The translations under genes and the position numbers were made by a program. Below the pieces are notes generated by a model. It ran no database searches. It had not been told where the DNA came from and worked only from the letters and a program-made list of their open reading frames with translations. Below, piece by piece: positions 34,731 to 44,342 of a stretch of 64,000 nucleotides of DNA; the first letter of the stretch is position 1; every line of letters begins with the position of its first letter. The stretch spans positions 23,794 to 87,793 of the forward strand of contig DASTOJ010000005.1 in the NCBI GenBank assembly GCA_035762565.1, read 5' to 3'. The DNA comes from Candidatus Methylomirabilota bacterium. Lineage in GTDB: Bacteria; Methylomirabilota; Methylomirabilia; Rokubacteriales; CSP1-6.

Positions 34731-35609
34731 ATGCTAGGAGAGATCCGGGGGGAAGTCCGCTTCAAGGAGCCCCTGAGCTTCCACACCTCGCTGCGGATGG
34801 GCGGCTGCGCGGACATCTTCGTCGTGCCGCAGGACGTCGACGACATCCGCCACGCGCTCCTGTTCGCCGAGCGCGAGCAGCTGCCGGTCGCGGTGGTCGG
34901 AGGCGGCAACAACCTGCTCGTCCGCGACCGCGGCCTCCGCGGGGTCGTGCTCAAGCTGGAAGGCTGCCTCGGCCGCGCCGACTTCAACGGCGAGGAGGCG
35001 GTGGCCGGCGCCGGCGTGAGCCTGTCGTCGCTGATCCGGGAGGCGGCCGCGCTGAACCTGGGCGGCCTCGAGTGCCTGGTCGGCATCCCGGCCACGATCG
35101 GGGGCGCGCTGGCCATGAACGCCGGGACACCGGACGGCAGCATCGGCGATTTCGTGAGCGCCGTCTACTTCCTGTACCCGGACGGCTCCCTCGGCGAGTT
35201 CAAGCCCGGGGCCGGCGCGTTCACGTATCAGGCCTTCCACGCGCCGCCCGGCTCCGTCCTGGTCGGCTGTCGGCTGCAGCTGCACCGGCGCCCGCTGCCG
35301 GAGATCCAGAAGGACATCAAGGCGCGGCTCAAGGTGAAGAAGTCCACCCAGCCGCTCGCGCTGGCCTCCGCCGGTTGCGTGTGGAAGAACCCGCCGGGCG
35401 GGGTCGCGGCCCGGCTGATCGAGAAGGCGGGGCTCAAGAGCAAGCGGGTCAACGGCGCCGAGATCTCGTCCAAGCACGCCAACTTCATCGTCAACCGCGG
35501 CGGCGCGATGGCGGCCGACGTGCTGGCGCTCATGGAGATGACCCGCGAGCGCGTGCACGCCCACGCCGGCGTGGTGCTCGAGCCCGAGATCAGGATCCTC
35601 GGTGAGTAG
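34731..35609 (+). CDS. murB: UDP-N-acetylenolpyruvoylglucosamine reductase
   Basis: Motifs: GGGNNLLV, GIPATIGGALAMNAG, SAGCVWKNP, AEISSKHANFIVN. Confidence 0.9.
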   Translation: MLGEIRGEVRFKEPLSFHTSLRMGGCADIFVVPQDVDDIRHALLFAEREQLPVAVVGGGNNLLVRDRGLRGVVLKLEGCLGRADFNGEEAVAGAGVSLSSLIREAAALNLGGLECLVGIPATIGGALAMNAGTPDGSIGDFVSAVYFLYPDGSLGEFKPGAGAFTYQAFHAPPGSVLVGCRLQLHRRPLPEIQKDIKARLKVKKSTQPLALASAGCVWKNPPGGVAARLIEKAGLKSKRVNGAEISSKHANFIVNRGGAMAADVLALMEMTRERVHAHAGVVLEPEIRILGE

Positions 35610-36444
35610 AGGCCTGATCTCGCCCCGCGGCCGCCCGCTCGCGCTCGGCGATCTCGGCCAGCCGGCGACGGCGGTGACCGGGCAGCGGGTCGGCGCCCGG
35701 CCGCGACCGCGTCATCCGGTCCGGTGGCGGCAGGGGCTGCGGGCGGCCGGGGTGGTCCTGGCCACCGTGGCGGTGGTGGCCGCGGCCGGCCACTGGGTGC
35801 TCACCACTCCCCGCTTCGCGGTGGTGGCGGTCGAGGTGCGCGGAGCCTCGCGGGTGCCGGCGCCGCGGGTGCTGGAGGTGGCCGGCATCGTGCGCGGCAC
35901 CAATCTCTGGCGGATCGATCCGGCGCAGGTCCGCGCGCGGCTGGAGGCCCTGCCGGAGATCCGGCGCGCCGACGTCGTGCGCGAGCTGCCCAACCGCGTG
36001 TCGATCGTGGTCGAGGAGCGCCGCCCCTTCACCCTCGTCCACGCCGCCCGCCTGCACTGGCTCGACGAGGACGGCCGCCTGCTGGGCGAGGAGCGCCACG
36101 CCGTCGCCACCGAGGTGCCGGTGATCAGCGGCCTCAGCGAGGACGAGCTGGCCACGATGCGCACCGCGCCCGGGCCCCGGGCCCGCGCCGCCATCGCGCT
36201 CATCCGCGCGCTGCTCCGCACGGGCAGCACGCTGGCCGGCGAGATCTCCGAGATCGACATGAGCCGGCCCGAGGGGCCGGTGCTCTACACGATCGACGGG
36301 GTCGAGGTGCGGCTGGGCAGCGAGGAGTGGGAGGAGCGGCTGGCCCGCCTGGAGGGCGTGCTGGCCCAGGTGGCGACCCAGGACGTGCACGGCGTCGACC
36401 TGAGATTCCGCGACCAGGTGGTGCTCAAGAAGGCGAGCCGATGA
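35602..36444 (+). CDS. ftsQ: cell division protein FtsQ (POTRA domain)
   Basis: A TM segment is followed by a POTRA-like stretch: VEVRGASRVPAPRVLEVAGIVRGTNLWRID...LEALPEIRRADVVRELPNRVSIVVEER. The position between murB and ftsA fits. Confidence 0.75.
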   Translation: MSRGLISPRGRPLALGDLGQPATAVTGQRVGARPRPRHPVRWRQGLRAAGVVLATVAVVAAAGHWVLTTPRFAVVAVEVRGASRVPAPRVLEVAGIVRGTNLWRIDPAQVRARLEALPEIRRADVVRELPNRVSIVVEERRPFTLVHAARLHWLDEDGRLLGEERHAVATEVPVISGLSEDELATMRTAPGPRARAAIALIRALLRTGSTLAGEISEIDMSRPEGPVLYTIDGVEVRLGSEEWEERLARLEGVLAQVATQDVHGVDLRFRDQVVLKKASR

Positions 36445-37688
36445 GGCGGGGCAAGGCGCCCGACCTCGTCGTCGGCCTCGACGTCGGCACCACCAAGATC
36501 TGCGCCGTGATCGGCCAGCAGCGGCGCGACGGCGGCCTCGACGTGGTCGGGGTCGGCAACGCGCCCTCCCGCGGCCTGCGCCGCGGCGTGGTGGTCAACA
36601 TCGAGTCCACCGTGGAGGCGATCAAGCACGCGGTGGCCGAGGCCGAGCAGATGGCGGGCGCCGAGGTCGCGCGCGTCTACGCGGGCGTGGCCGGCGGCCA
36701 CGTGCGCTCACTCAACAGCCGGGGCGTGGTGGCCGTGTCGGGCCGGGAGCGCGAGGTCACCGCGCTCGACGTGGAGCGCGCGGTGGAGGCCGCCCGCGCG
36801 ATCAACGTGCCGCAGGACCGCGAGATCATCCACGTGCTGCCCCAGACGTTCATGGTCGACGATGCCGACGGCGTGCGGGAGCCGGTCGGCATGTCGGGTG
36901 TGCGGCTGGAGGTCGAGGTCCACATCGTCACCGCGGCCGTGACCTCGGTGCAGAACGTCGTGCGCTCGGTGAACCGGGCCGGCCTCGCCGTGCAGGACGT
37001 CGTGCTGGAGCCGATCGCCTCGGCCGAGGCGGTGCTGTTCGCCGACGAGAAGGAGCTGGGCATCGTCCTCATCGACATCGGCGGCGGCACCACCGACATG
37101 GCGCTCTTCCGCGACGGCGCCGTGTGGCACACTGCCGTGCTGCCGCTCGGGGGCGATCACATCACCAACGACGTGGCGGTGGGGTTGCGCACGCCCATGG
37201 CCGACGCCGAGAGCCTCAAGAAGCGCTACGGCTGCGCGCTCACCTCGATGGTGCCGGCCGAGGAGACCGTCGACGTGCCCTCGGTGGGCGGGCGCAAGCC
37301 GCGCCAGCTCTCGCGCCAGGTGCTGTCCGAGATCGTCCAGCCGCGGGTGGAGGAGATCTTCACGCTGGTCGCCCGCGACCTGACCAAGGCGGGCTTCCAG
37401 GGCGCCGCCACCGCCGGCGTCGTCGTCACCGGCGGCAGCTCGATCATGGAGGGTGTGCCCGAGCTGGCCGAGGCCGTGTTCGACCAGCCGGTGCGCCGGG
37501 GAGTGCCGGCCGACGTCGGCGGCCTCGCCGACGTCGTGCGCAGCCCCATCTACGCCACCGGGGTGGGGCTGGCCCTTTACGGCGCCCGGCGGCAGGCGAG
37601 CGGCGCCCCGGCCCTCGATCCCGACGACGGGGCGTTCCTGGCCCGGATCGGCCGGCGCCTGGCAGGGTGGTTCGGTGAAATTTTTTAG
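36441..37688 (+). CDS. ftsA: cell division protein FtsA
   Basis: ATGA overlap with ftsQ. Motifs: [31 protein letters not shown]. Confidence 0.9.
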   Translation: MRRGKAPDLVVGLDVGTTKICAVIGQQRRDGGLDVVGVGNAPSRGLRRGVVVNIESTVEAIKHAVAEAEQMAGAEVARVYAGVAGGHVRSLNSRGVVAVSGREREVTALDVERAVEAARAINVPQDREIIHVLPQTFMVDDADGVREPVGMSGVRLEVEVHIVTAAVTSVQNVVRSVNRAGLAVQDVVLEPIASAEAVLFADEKELGIVLIDIGGGTTDMALFRDGAVWHTAVLPLGGDHITNDVAVGLRTPMADAESLKKRYGCALTSMVPAEETVDVPSVGGRKPRQLSRQVLSEIVQPRVEEIFTLVARDLTKAGFQGAATAGVVVTGGSSIMEGVPELAEAVFDQPVRRGVPADVGGLADVVRSPIYATGVGLALYGARRQASGAPALDPDDGAFLARIGRRLAGWFGEIF

Positions 37689-37815
37689 CAGGGGACGACC
37701 GATGGAGGGCGAGCGGCAGCCGCCACTGTTCGCGCCCGGCTCGGCGGCCGATGGCAAACTCCCACGCCCGCGGCGGACACGCCCGCAGGCCGCGCCCACG
37801 GAAGGAGTGGACTCG

Positions 37816-38988
37816 ATGGAGAAGGATCGGACACGGCGCCCGCTCTTCGAGCTCGAGCAGGTGCCGCCGGCGGCGAAGATCAAGGTCATCGGTCTCGGGG
37901 GCGGAGGCGGCAACGCCGTGAGCCGCATGATCTCGGCCGAGTTCACGGGGGTCGACTTCATCGTCGCCAACACGGACCTGCAGGCCCTGCGGGCGTCGCC
38001 GGCGCCGGTGAAGATCCAGCTCGGCGCCAAGCTCACCCAGGGACTCGGCGCCGGATCGAATCCGGACGTCGGGCGCGGCGCCGCGCTCGAAGACCCCGAG
38101 GAGATCACGCGGCTCCTCGAGGGCGCCGACATGGTGTTCATCACCGCCGGGCTCGGCGGCGGCACCGGGACCGGGGCGGCCCCGGTGGTCGCCTCGCTGG
38201 CCAAGGACCTCGGCATCCTCACCGTGGCGGTGGTCACGAAGCCGTTCACCTTCGAGGGCCGCAAGCGCCAGCTGCAGGCCGAGGCCGGGATGGACGCGCT
38301 CCGCGGCGTGGTCGACACGCTCATCGCGATCCCCAACCAGCGGCTGCTGTCCGTCGTGGACCGCGGCACGCCGCTGCTGGAAGCGTTCAAGGTGGCCGAC
38401 TCGGTCCTGCAACAGGCGGTGCAGGGCATCTCCGACCTCATTCTCGTCCCCGGCCTCGTCAACCTCGACTTCGCCGACGTCCGCACCATCATGTCCGGCA
38501 TGGGCATGGCGATGATGGGCACCGGCGTGGGCAAGGGAGAGCACCGGGCCCTCGATGCGGCCCAGAAGGCCGTCGCCAGCCCGCTCCTGGACGACACGTC
38601 GATCGAGGGGGCCCGCGGCATCCTGATCAACTTCACGGGCGGGGCCGACCTGTCGATCCACGAGGTGGAGGAGGGGGCGCGCATCGTGCACGAGGCGGCC
38701 CACGAGGAAGCCAACATCATCTTCGGCGCCGTCATCGATCCGAGCCTGCACGACGAGGTCCGCATCACCGTCATCGCCACCGGCTTCGCCGAGCGCAAGC
38801 AGGAGACGACGCCCACCAAGGTCGTGGACCTGCCGCGGGCCGCGCGCCCCGGCCAGGGCCAGCCCGGCGCCGGCGCCGCCGCGGCCTGGCGCCGGCGGCT
38901 CGCCGCCGACACCCGGGCCGAGACCGACGACCCGCTGGCCGACGCCGACTACGACGTGCCGGCGTTCCTTCGACGCCAGGCAGATTGA
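37816..38988 (+). CDS. ftsZ: cell division protein FtsZ
   Basis: Motifs: [40 protein letters not shown]-terminal [12 protein letters not shown] 37816 follows GAAGGAG. The in-frame ATG at 37702 would add 38 aa. Confidence 0.95.
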   Translation: MEKDRTRRPLFELEQVPPAAKIKVIGLGGGGGNAVSRMISAEFTGVDFIVANTDLQALRASPAPVKIQLGAKLTQGLGAGSNPDVGRGAALEDPEEITRLLEGADMVFITAGLGGGTGTGAAPVVASLAKDLGILTVAVVTKPFTFEGRKRQLQAEAGMDALRGVVDTLIAIPNQRLLSVVDRGTPLLEAFKVADSVLQQAVQGISDLILVPGLVNLDFADVRTIMSGMGMAMMGTGVGKGEHRALDAAQKAVASPLLDDTSIEGARGILINFTGGADLSIHEVEEGARIVHEAAHEEANIIFGAVIDPSLHDEVRITVIATGFAERKQETTPTKVVDLPRAARPGQGQPGAGAAAAWRRRLAADTRAETDDPLADADYDVPAFLRRQAD

Positions 38989-39012
38989 TGACGCGGCCGG
39001 GGCGGCACGGGA

Positions 39013-39057
39013 GGCAGGCTCCTTCGCTCAACACAGCATTGGCTCTGGGAGCCTGCC
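39013..39057 (+). terminator. long-loop GC hairpin downstream of ftsZ
   Basis: GGCAGGCTCC (39013-39022) pairs with GGAGCCTGCC (39048-39057), leaving a 25-nt loop. No U-tract. Confidence 0.3.
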
Positions 39058-39150
39058 CCCCGCACCGCCCCGGCCTCCCCGCTCGGCCTCTCGTCGAGCA
39101 CGCCCCCTCCCCGTAGTCGGGTCACCGCTCGGGCGCGGGCATCGCGAGAG

Positions 39151-39180
39151 TTGATTCGTCTCGTCGTGATTCCGTAGTCT
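39151..39180 (+). promoter_or_regulatory. putative promoter of pgeF (leaderless type)
   Basis: TTGATT (39151-39156), an 18-nt spacer, TAGTCT (39175-39180), then 7 nt to ATG 39188. Confidence 0.4.
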
Positions 39181-39187
39181 CGGATCG

Positions 39188-39940
39188 ATGGGCACGCGAC
39201 TGATTCCGCATGGCGAGCCGGTGCGGTATTTCACGTTCAGTGGGCTGGCGGCGCTGGGGTTGCCGCACGTGACGACCACGCGCAATTTCCCGGGTGTGAC
39301 GTCGCCGGTGCAAGCGACGGGGCCGTTCGAGGCGGGCGCGCGCGAGGCGTTGCGCGAGCTGGGGCTGGACCTGGGACGTGTCGCCTACGCCCGGCAGGTG
39401 CACGGCGCGGAGGTGCTCCGCGCGCCCACGCGGGGCGGGTGGGCGGGCACGGGCGACGTGCTGGCCACGACGGAGCGCGGTCTGCCGCTGGCGATTTTCA
39501 CCGCCGACTGCCTGGCCGTCACGCTGTGGGACTCGATCGCGCGCGTGCTGGTCGCGGCCCACGTCGGTTGGCGGGGGACGGTGCGGGGCGCCACCCGGGC
39601 GGCCGTGCGCGCGGCGGTCGAGGCCGGCGCCCGCGCCGACCACCTGCACGCGGCCATCGCGCCGTCGATCGGGCCGTGCTGCTACGAGGTCGACGAGCCG
39701 GTGCTGCGCGACTTCGGCCAGGCCTTCGGCCGCCCGGCGCGCGCCTGGTTCCGTCCCGCGCGCGAGGGCCACGCGATGCTCGACCTGTGGACCGCCAACG
39801 AGACGCTGCTGGCTGAGGCCGGCGTCGATCCCGCCCGGGTGGAGAACCCGCGGCTGTGCACCGCCTGCCATCCCGACCTGCTCTACTCCTACCGGAAGGG
39901 CAACCGCGGCCGCCTCGTCACCGTCGCCGCGCTGCCGTAG
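39188..39940 (+). CDS. pgeF: peptidoglycan editing factor PgeF (YfiH/DUF152 family)
   Basis: Motifs: QVHG, TADCL, AHVGWRG, IGPCCYEV, CTAC, YSYR. Confidence 0.85.
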   Translation: MGTRLIPHGEPVRYFTFSGLAALGLPHVTTTRNFPGVTSPVQATGPFEAGAREALRELGLDLGRVAYARQVHGAEVLRAPTRGGWAGTGDVLATTERGLPLAIFTADCLAVTLWDSIARVLVAAHVGWRGTVRGATRAAVRAAVEAGARADHLHAAIAPSIGPCCYEVDEPVLRDFGQAFGRPARAWFRPAREGHAMLDLWTANETLLAEAGVDPARVENPRLCTACHPDLLYSYRKGNRGRLVTVAALP

Positions 39941-40094
39941 TGCGGTCTACCAGCACCTATGCTTGCGTGACACGCAGGCAGCATCTACGCTTCGCATCTG
40001 CCGTGGGCGCGCTGAGGCCTTCCCATCACTCGCTTGACTCTCCTCCGGCCCCGTCCTACGGTCGCAACGTCCAGGTCTGCATCGGGAGGAGCCC

Positions 40095-40367
40095 ATGACG
40101 CTGCGGCCCTGCCCGTCGATCGTCGTGCTGGCTGTCGGCTACCTCTCGGTCGGCTCCGCTCCGGGTCCGGCCGTTCCACGGCACCCCACGCTCGACGGGT
40201 TCATTCAAGGTCTTCGGGACAAGATCCTCCGCGGCGCGAAGCCTGCCGACCTTCCCGTCGAAGAGCCGACGAGATTCGAGCTGGTGCTGAATCTCAGGAC
40301 GGCGAAGACCCTTGGGCGGACGATCCCCTCCTCGCTGCTGCTGCGAGCGGATCAGGTCATCGAGTAG
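40095..40367 (+). pseudogene. C-terminal fragment of an ABC transporter substrate-binding protein (PF04392-like)
   Basis: The last ~55 aa, [48 protein letters not shown], match the characteristic C-terminus of this ~320-aa family. The preceding part of the ORF has no such similarity. Confidence 0.6.
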
Positions 40368-40406
40368 CGTCATCTCGCCGGCGGCCGGTTCGTGTCGCCG
40401 CCCGCG

Positions 40407-40415
40407 TGCTAGAAT
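40407..40415 (+). promoter_or_regulatory. extended -10 box (TGCTAGAAT) 5 nt upstream of the yggS ATG (leaderless type)
   Basis: TG-C-TAGAAT-CGCGC-ATG. Confidence 0.45.
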
Positions 40416-40420
40416 CGCGC

Positions 40421-41107
40421 ATGCTCGATATCCCAGGAAACCTCGCGCGCGTGCGCGAGCGGCTCGCACGCGCGGCCGAGCGGAGCGGACGGCGGGCCGA
40501 GGACGTGCTGCTGATCGGGGTCTCGAAGACCGTCGACGTCGAGCGGATCCGGGCGGCGGTCGCGGCCGGCCTGCGCGTGCTGGGCGAGAACCGCGTCCAG
40601 GAGGCGAAGGCGAAGATCGCCGAGCTCGGGCGCCCGGCGGCCTGGCACCTGATCGGCCACCTGCAGACCAACAAGGTCAAGGACGCGCTGGAGCTGTTCG
40701 ACGTGATCCACTCCCTCGACCGGCTGGAGCTCGCCCGCGAGCTCGAGCGGCGCGCCGCGGCGCGCGAGCAGGCCGTCGAGACGCTCCTCCAGGTGAACGT
40801 GGCCGCCGAGCCGAGCAAGGGCGGCTTCGGCCCGGAGGCGGTGGGTGAGGCGCTCGACGCCATCGGCAAGCTGCCGCACGTCCAGGTCACCGGGCTCATG
40901 ACGATCCCGCCGGAGGTCGAGCGCGCCGAGGAGGCGCGGCCCTGGTTCCGGCGGTTGCGCGAGCTGGCCGAGCGACACGGCCTGCGCGGCCTGTCGATGG
41001 GCATGAGCGGCGACTTCGAGGTCGCGATCGAGGAAGGGGCGACCATGGTGCGGGTGGGCACGGCGATCTTCGGGCCGCGCGCCCCGCGCGCGGGTGGCGG
41101 CGCGTGA
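40421..41107 (+). CDS. yggS: YggS family pyridoxal-phosphate homeostasis protein
   Basis: Motifs: LIGVSKT, GENRVQE, WHLIGHLQTNK, LSMGMSGDFEVAIEEGATMVRVGTAIFG. Confidence 0.9.
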   Translation: MLDIPGNLARVRERLARAAERSGRRAEDVLLIGVSKTVDVERIRAAVAAGLRVLGENRVQEAKAKIAELGRPAAWHLIGHLQTNKVKDALELFDVIHSLDRLELARELERRAAAREQAVETLLQVNVAAEPSKGGFGPEAVGEALDAIGKLPHVQVTGLMTIPPEVERAEEARPWFRRLRELAERHGLRGLSMGMSGDFEVAIEEGATMVRVGTAIFGPRAPRAGGGA

Positions 41108-41928
41108 GCCTCAAGGGCAAGCGGGTGGGCTTCATCGGCGGCGGCAACATGGGCGAGGCGCTCGTCCGCGGCCTGCTGGGCGCCGGCTCGGTCCAGCCCG
41201 AGCACATCGCGGCCACCGACGTGAGACCCGAGCGCACCGCCCGGCTCGTCGAGCAGTTCGGGATCGACGCCCACGCCGACAACCTCCGGCTGGTGCGCGA
41301 GAGCGACGTGATCATCCTGGCCGTCAAGCCGCAGAGCATGGCCGCCGTCCTCGCCGAGATCGCGCCGGCCGTCGGTGGCCGGCACCTGCTCATCTCGATC
41401 GCCGCCGGCGTGGCAGCGGAGACCATCCGCGCGGGGCTCGGTCGGGATGCGCGCATCATCCGCGTCATGCCCAACACGCCGGCGCTCGTGCTGCAGGGCG
41501 CCACCGGTGTCGCCAGGGGTGAGGGTGCCGGACCGGCGGACGTCGCCGTCGCCGAGGCGATCTTCGGCGCCGTCGGGCAGGTGGTCGTGGTCGACGAGGC
41601 GCAGATGGACGCGGTCACGGGGTTGAGCGGCTCGGGTCCCGCCTATGTCGCCATCGTGATCGAGGCGCTGGCCGACGGCGGCGTGCGCGTGGGGCTGGAC
41701 CGGGCGACGGCCATGACGCTGGCCATCCAGACCGTGCTCGGCGCCGCCCGGCTGCTCGCGGAGACCGGCATGCATCCGGCGGCGCTCAAGGACATGGTGT
41801 CGAGCCCGGGCGGCACGACCATCGCCGGCATCTCGGCGCTGGAGGAGGGCGGCATCCGCACGGCCCTGATCCGGGCCGTCGAGCGGGCCACGCAGCGCTC
41901 GCGCGAGCTGGGCCGGGGGCCGGCGTGA
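41104..41928 (+). CDS. proC: pyrroline-5-carboxylate reductase
   Basis: Motifs: GFIGGGNMGEAL, LAVKPQ, RVMPNTP, SSPGGTT. Confidence 0.9.
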   Translation: MSLKGKRVGFIGGGNMGEALVRGLLGAGSVQPEHIAATDVRPERTARLVEQFGIDAHADNLRLVRESDVIILAVKPQSMAAVLAEIAPAVGGRHLLISIAAGVAAETIRAGLGRDARIIRVMPNTPALVLQGATGVARGEGAGPADVAVAEAIFGAVGQVVVVDEAQMDAVTGLSGSGPAYVAIVIEALADGGVRVGLDRATAMTLAIQTVLGAARLLAETGMHPAALKDMVSSPGGTTIAGISALEEGGIRTALIRAVERATQRSRELGRGPA

Positions 41929-42227
41929 TGTTCGTCTTCTCCAACCTGGTGCTGGCCTTCGCCCGCCTGCTCGAGCTGGTGCTGTGGGCGTACTTCTGGA
42001 TCGTCATCGCGCGCGCGGTGCTGTCGTGGGTCAGCCCCGACCCGTTCAACCCGATCGTACGCTTCCTGTATCGCGTGACGGAGCCGGTGCTGCGCCCGCT
42101 GCGGCGCCGGCTGCCCACGTTCCAGATGGGGCTCGACCTCTCGCCGATGATCGTGATCCTGGCGATCTACTTCCTCCAGGCGTTCCTGGTGGAATCGCTC
42201 CGCGATCTGGCCGTGAGCCTCAGATAG
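41925..42227 (+). CDS. yggT: YggT family membrane protein
   Basis: Motifs: IVIARAVLSWVSPDPFNP, TEPVLRPLRR, DLSPM. Confidence 0.8.
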   Translation: MMFVFSNLVLAFARLLELVLWAYFWIVIARAVLSWVSPDPFNPIVRFLYRVTEPVLRPLRRRLPTFQMGLDLSPMIVILAIYFLQAFLVESLRDLAVSLR

Positions 42228-42243
42228 CGAGCCGGAGGGTTCG

Positions 42244-42747
42244 ATGCGCATCTCGCCCCAGGACATCCGCCAGCAGCAATTCACGGTCAAGATGTTCCGC
42301 GGCTTCGATCCGCAGGAGGTGGACGCCTTCCTGGAGGACGTGGCCGACGACTACGAGACACTGCTGAAGGAGGTCCAGTTCCTGAAGGAGCAGCTCGCCT
42401 CCCAGGAGGAGCGGCAGCGCGGCGTCGCGGAGCTGGAAAAGGCGCTGCAGGACACGCTGGTGACGTCGCAGCGCCTGGCCGACGAGCTGAAGGCGGCCGC
42501 CCGGCGCGAGGCCGACGAGATGCGCGCGGCGGCCAAGCACGAGGCCGAGCTGATCGTGCGCGAGGCCGAGCTGCGCGGCGACAAGGCGGTGGAGGCGGCC
42601 CGGGGCGACGAAGCCCGGATCCGCGCCGACATGCAGGGGCTCAAGCGGATGCGCCGGCAGCTGGTGGAGGATTTCGCCGTCACCCTGGAGCGCTACCAGC
42701 GGTATCTCGCCGGCGAGACCATGCCCGAGGAGCGCGACGGCGACTGA
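42244..42747 (+). CDS. DivIVA domain-containing protein
   Basis: ISPQDIRQQQFTVKMFRGFDPQEVDAFLEDVADDYE, followed by a coiled coil. Confidence 0.8.
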   Translation: MRISPQDIRQQQFTVKMFRGFDPQEVDAFLEDVADDYETLLKEVQFLKEQLASQEERQRGVAELEKALQDTLVTSQRLADELKAAARREADEMRAAAKHEAELIVREAELRGDKAVEAARGDEARIRADMQGLKRMRRQLVEDFAVTLERYQRYLAGETMPEERDGD

Positions 42748-42769
42748 GGGGCGGGCCGAGCTCCTGCGC

Positions 42770-43024
42770 GTGCGGGTGCAGCCGCGGGCGCCGCGCAGCG
42801 AGATCGTGGGGTGGCGCGCCGACGGCACGCTGAGCGTGCGCGTCGCGGCGCCGCCGGTCGAGGGCCAGGCCAACGCCGCCCTGGCGGCGCTGCTGGCCGG
42901 CGCCCTGGCGCTGCGGCCCTCGGCGGTGAGCGTCGAGCGCGGCGCGCGGGGGCGGGACAAGCTCGTGCGGGTCACGGGATTGACGCCGGCCGAGGTCCGG
43001 CGCCGCATCGGAGGGGCAGCATGA
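42770..43024 (+). CDS. DUF167 (YggU) family protein
   Basis: Motifs: VRVQPRAPRSEIVG, VRVAAPPVEGQANAAL, VSVERGARGRDKLVRV. The start is uncertain. Confidence 0.7.
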   Translation: MRVQPRAPRSEIVGWRADGTLSVRVAAPPVEGQANAALAALLAGALALRPSAVSVERGARGRDKLVRVTGLTPAEVRRRIGGAA

Positions 43025-43323
43025 AGACAGGGGTGGTACTCGGCGTCCTGGTGGCGATGATGCTGGTCGCGGCCCCGGCGCGCGCCGACTCGCTCGACAT
43101 CGACCTCAAGCTCGGGCTCAAGAGCTTCCGCTTCGGCAGCCGGATCTTCGGCAAGGACGGCTACGCCGGCGGCGCGTGGCTCAACGGCGAAACGCGCCCC
43201 GACGGCTTCAGCCTCGACGGCCGCATCGAGCGCGACGGCAAGGCACACAACTTCAAGTTCAACGCCGACATCGACGAGTGGGTGCGGCGCGCCGTCCGCC
43301 GATGGAGCGTCACCGACCTGTGA
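43021..43323 (+). CDS. small secreted hypothetical protein
   Basis: The ATG after GGAGGGG overlaps the upstream stop. Signal peptide MKTGVVLGVLVAMMLVAAPARA. Confidence 0.5.
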   Translation: MKTGVVLGVLVAMMLVAAPARADSLDIDLKLGLKSFRFGSRIFGKDGYAGGAWLNGETRPDGFSLDGRIERDGKAHNFKFNADIDEWVRRAVRRWSVTDL

Positions 43324-44342
43324 CCGGGGCGATCGCCCCGGTCCGCTGGGAGCACGACCGTCTCGTGCTCCTCGACCAGCGCCTGCTGCCGGGCCAGGAG
43401 CTGGAGCGGGTCTACGGGCGGTGGGAGGACGTGGCCGACGCCATCCGCACGCTCGCCGTCCGCGGCGCGCCCGCCATCGGCGTGGCCGCCGCGTTCGGGG
43501 TCGTGCTGGCCGCGCGCGCCAGCAACGCCACGACGTTCGACGGGCTCATGGCCGACCTGGAGGTGGCGCTCAAGGGACTGGCGGGCACGCGCCCGACCGC
43601 CATCAACCTCTTCTGGGCCCTCGATCGCATGCGTCGGGCCGCCGAGGCGCTGCGTGGCCGTCCGCTCGACGCGCTCCGTGTGGGCCTGCATCGCGAGGCC
43701 CAGGCCATCCTCGACGAGGACGTGGCCGGCAACCGCGCGCTGGGCGACCACGGCGCCGCGCTGGTGCCGGTCGGCGCCCGCATCCTGACCCACTGCAACG
43801 CCGGCGCGCTGGCCACCGCCGGCTACGGGACCGCGCTCGGCGTCGTGCGCTCCGCCCACGCCCAGGGCAAGGTCGCGCTGCTGTGGGTGGACGAAACGCG
43901 TCCGGTCATGCAGGGCTCCCGGCTCACCGCCTGGGAGTGCGTGCGCGAGGGCATCCCCCACCGCCTCATTGCCGACGTGGCCGCCGGCTCGATCATGAGC
44001 CGCGGGGACGTCGATCTCGTGGTGACCGGCGCCGATCGGATCGCGGCCAACGGCGACACCGCCAACAAGATCGGCACCTACGCGCTCGCGGTGCTGGCCC
44101 GCCACCACGGCGTGCCGTTCTACGTGGCCGCGCCCTTCTCGACGATCGACCCCGCGCTGCCGTCGGGGGGGCACATCCCGATCGAAGAGCGCGACGCGGG
44201 CGAGGTGCGCCGGGTGGGGGGGCACGCGACGGCGCCGGAGGCCTCGCCGGTGTTCAACCCGGCGTTCGACGTGACGCCGGCGGCGCTGATCACCGCGATC
44301 ATCACCGAGCGAGGGATCTTCCGCCCCCCGTTCAGCTTCTGA
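43320..44342 (+). CDS. mtnA: S-methyl-5-thioribose-1-phosphate isomerase
   Basis: Motifs: AVRGAPAIGV, TRPTAINLFWAL, THCNAGALAT, DETRP..QG, GADRIAANGDTANKIGTY. Confidence 0.85.
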   Translation: MTGAIAPVRWEHDRLVLLDQRLLPGQELERVYGRWEDVADAIRTLAVRGAPAIGVAAAFGVVLAARASNATTFDGLMADLEVALKGLAGTRPTAINLFWALDRMRRAAEALRGRPLDALRVGLHREAQAILDEDVAGNRALGDHGAALVPVGARILTHCNAGALATAGYGTALGVVRSAHAQGKVALLWVDETRPVMQGSRLTAWECVREGIPHRLIADVAAGSIMSRGDVDLVVTGADRIAANGDTANKIGTYALAVLARHHGVPFYVAAPFSTIDPALPSGGHIPIEERDAGEVRRVGGHATAPEASPVFNPAFDVTPAALITAIITERGIFRPPFSF

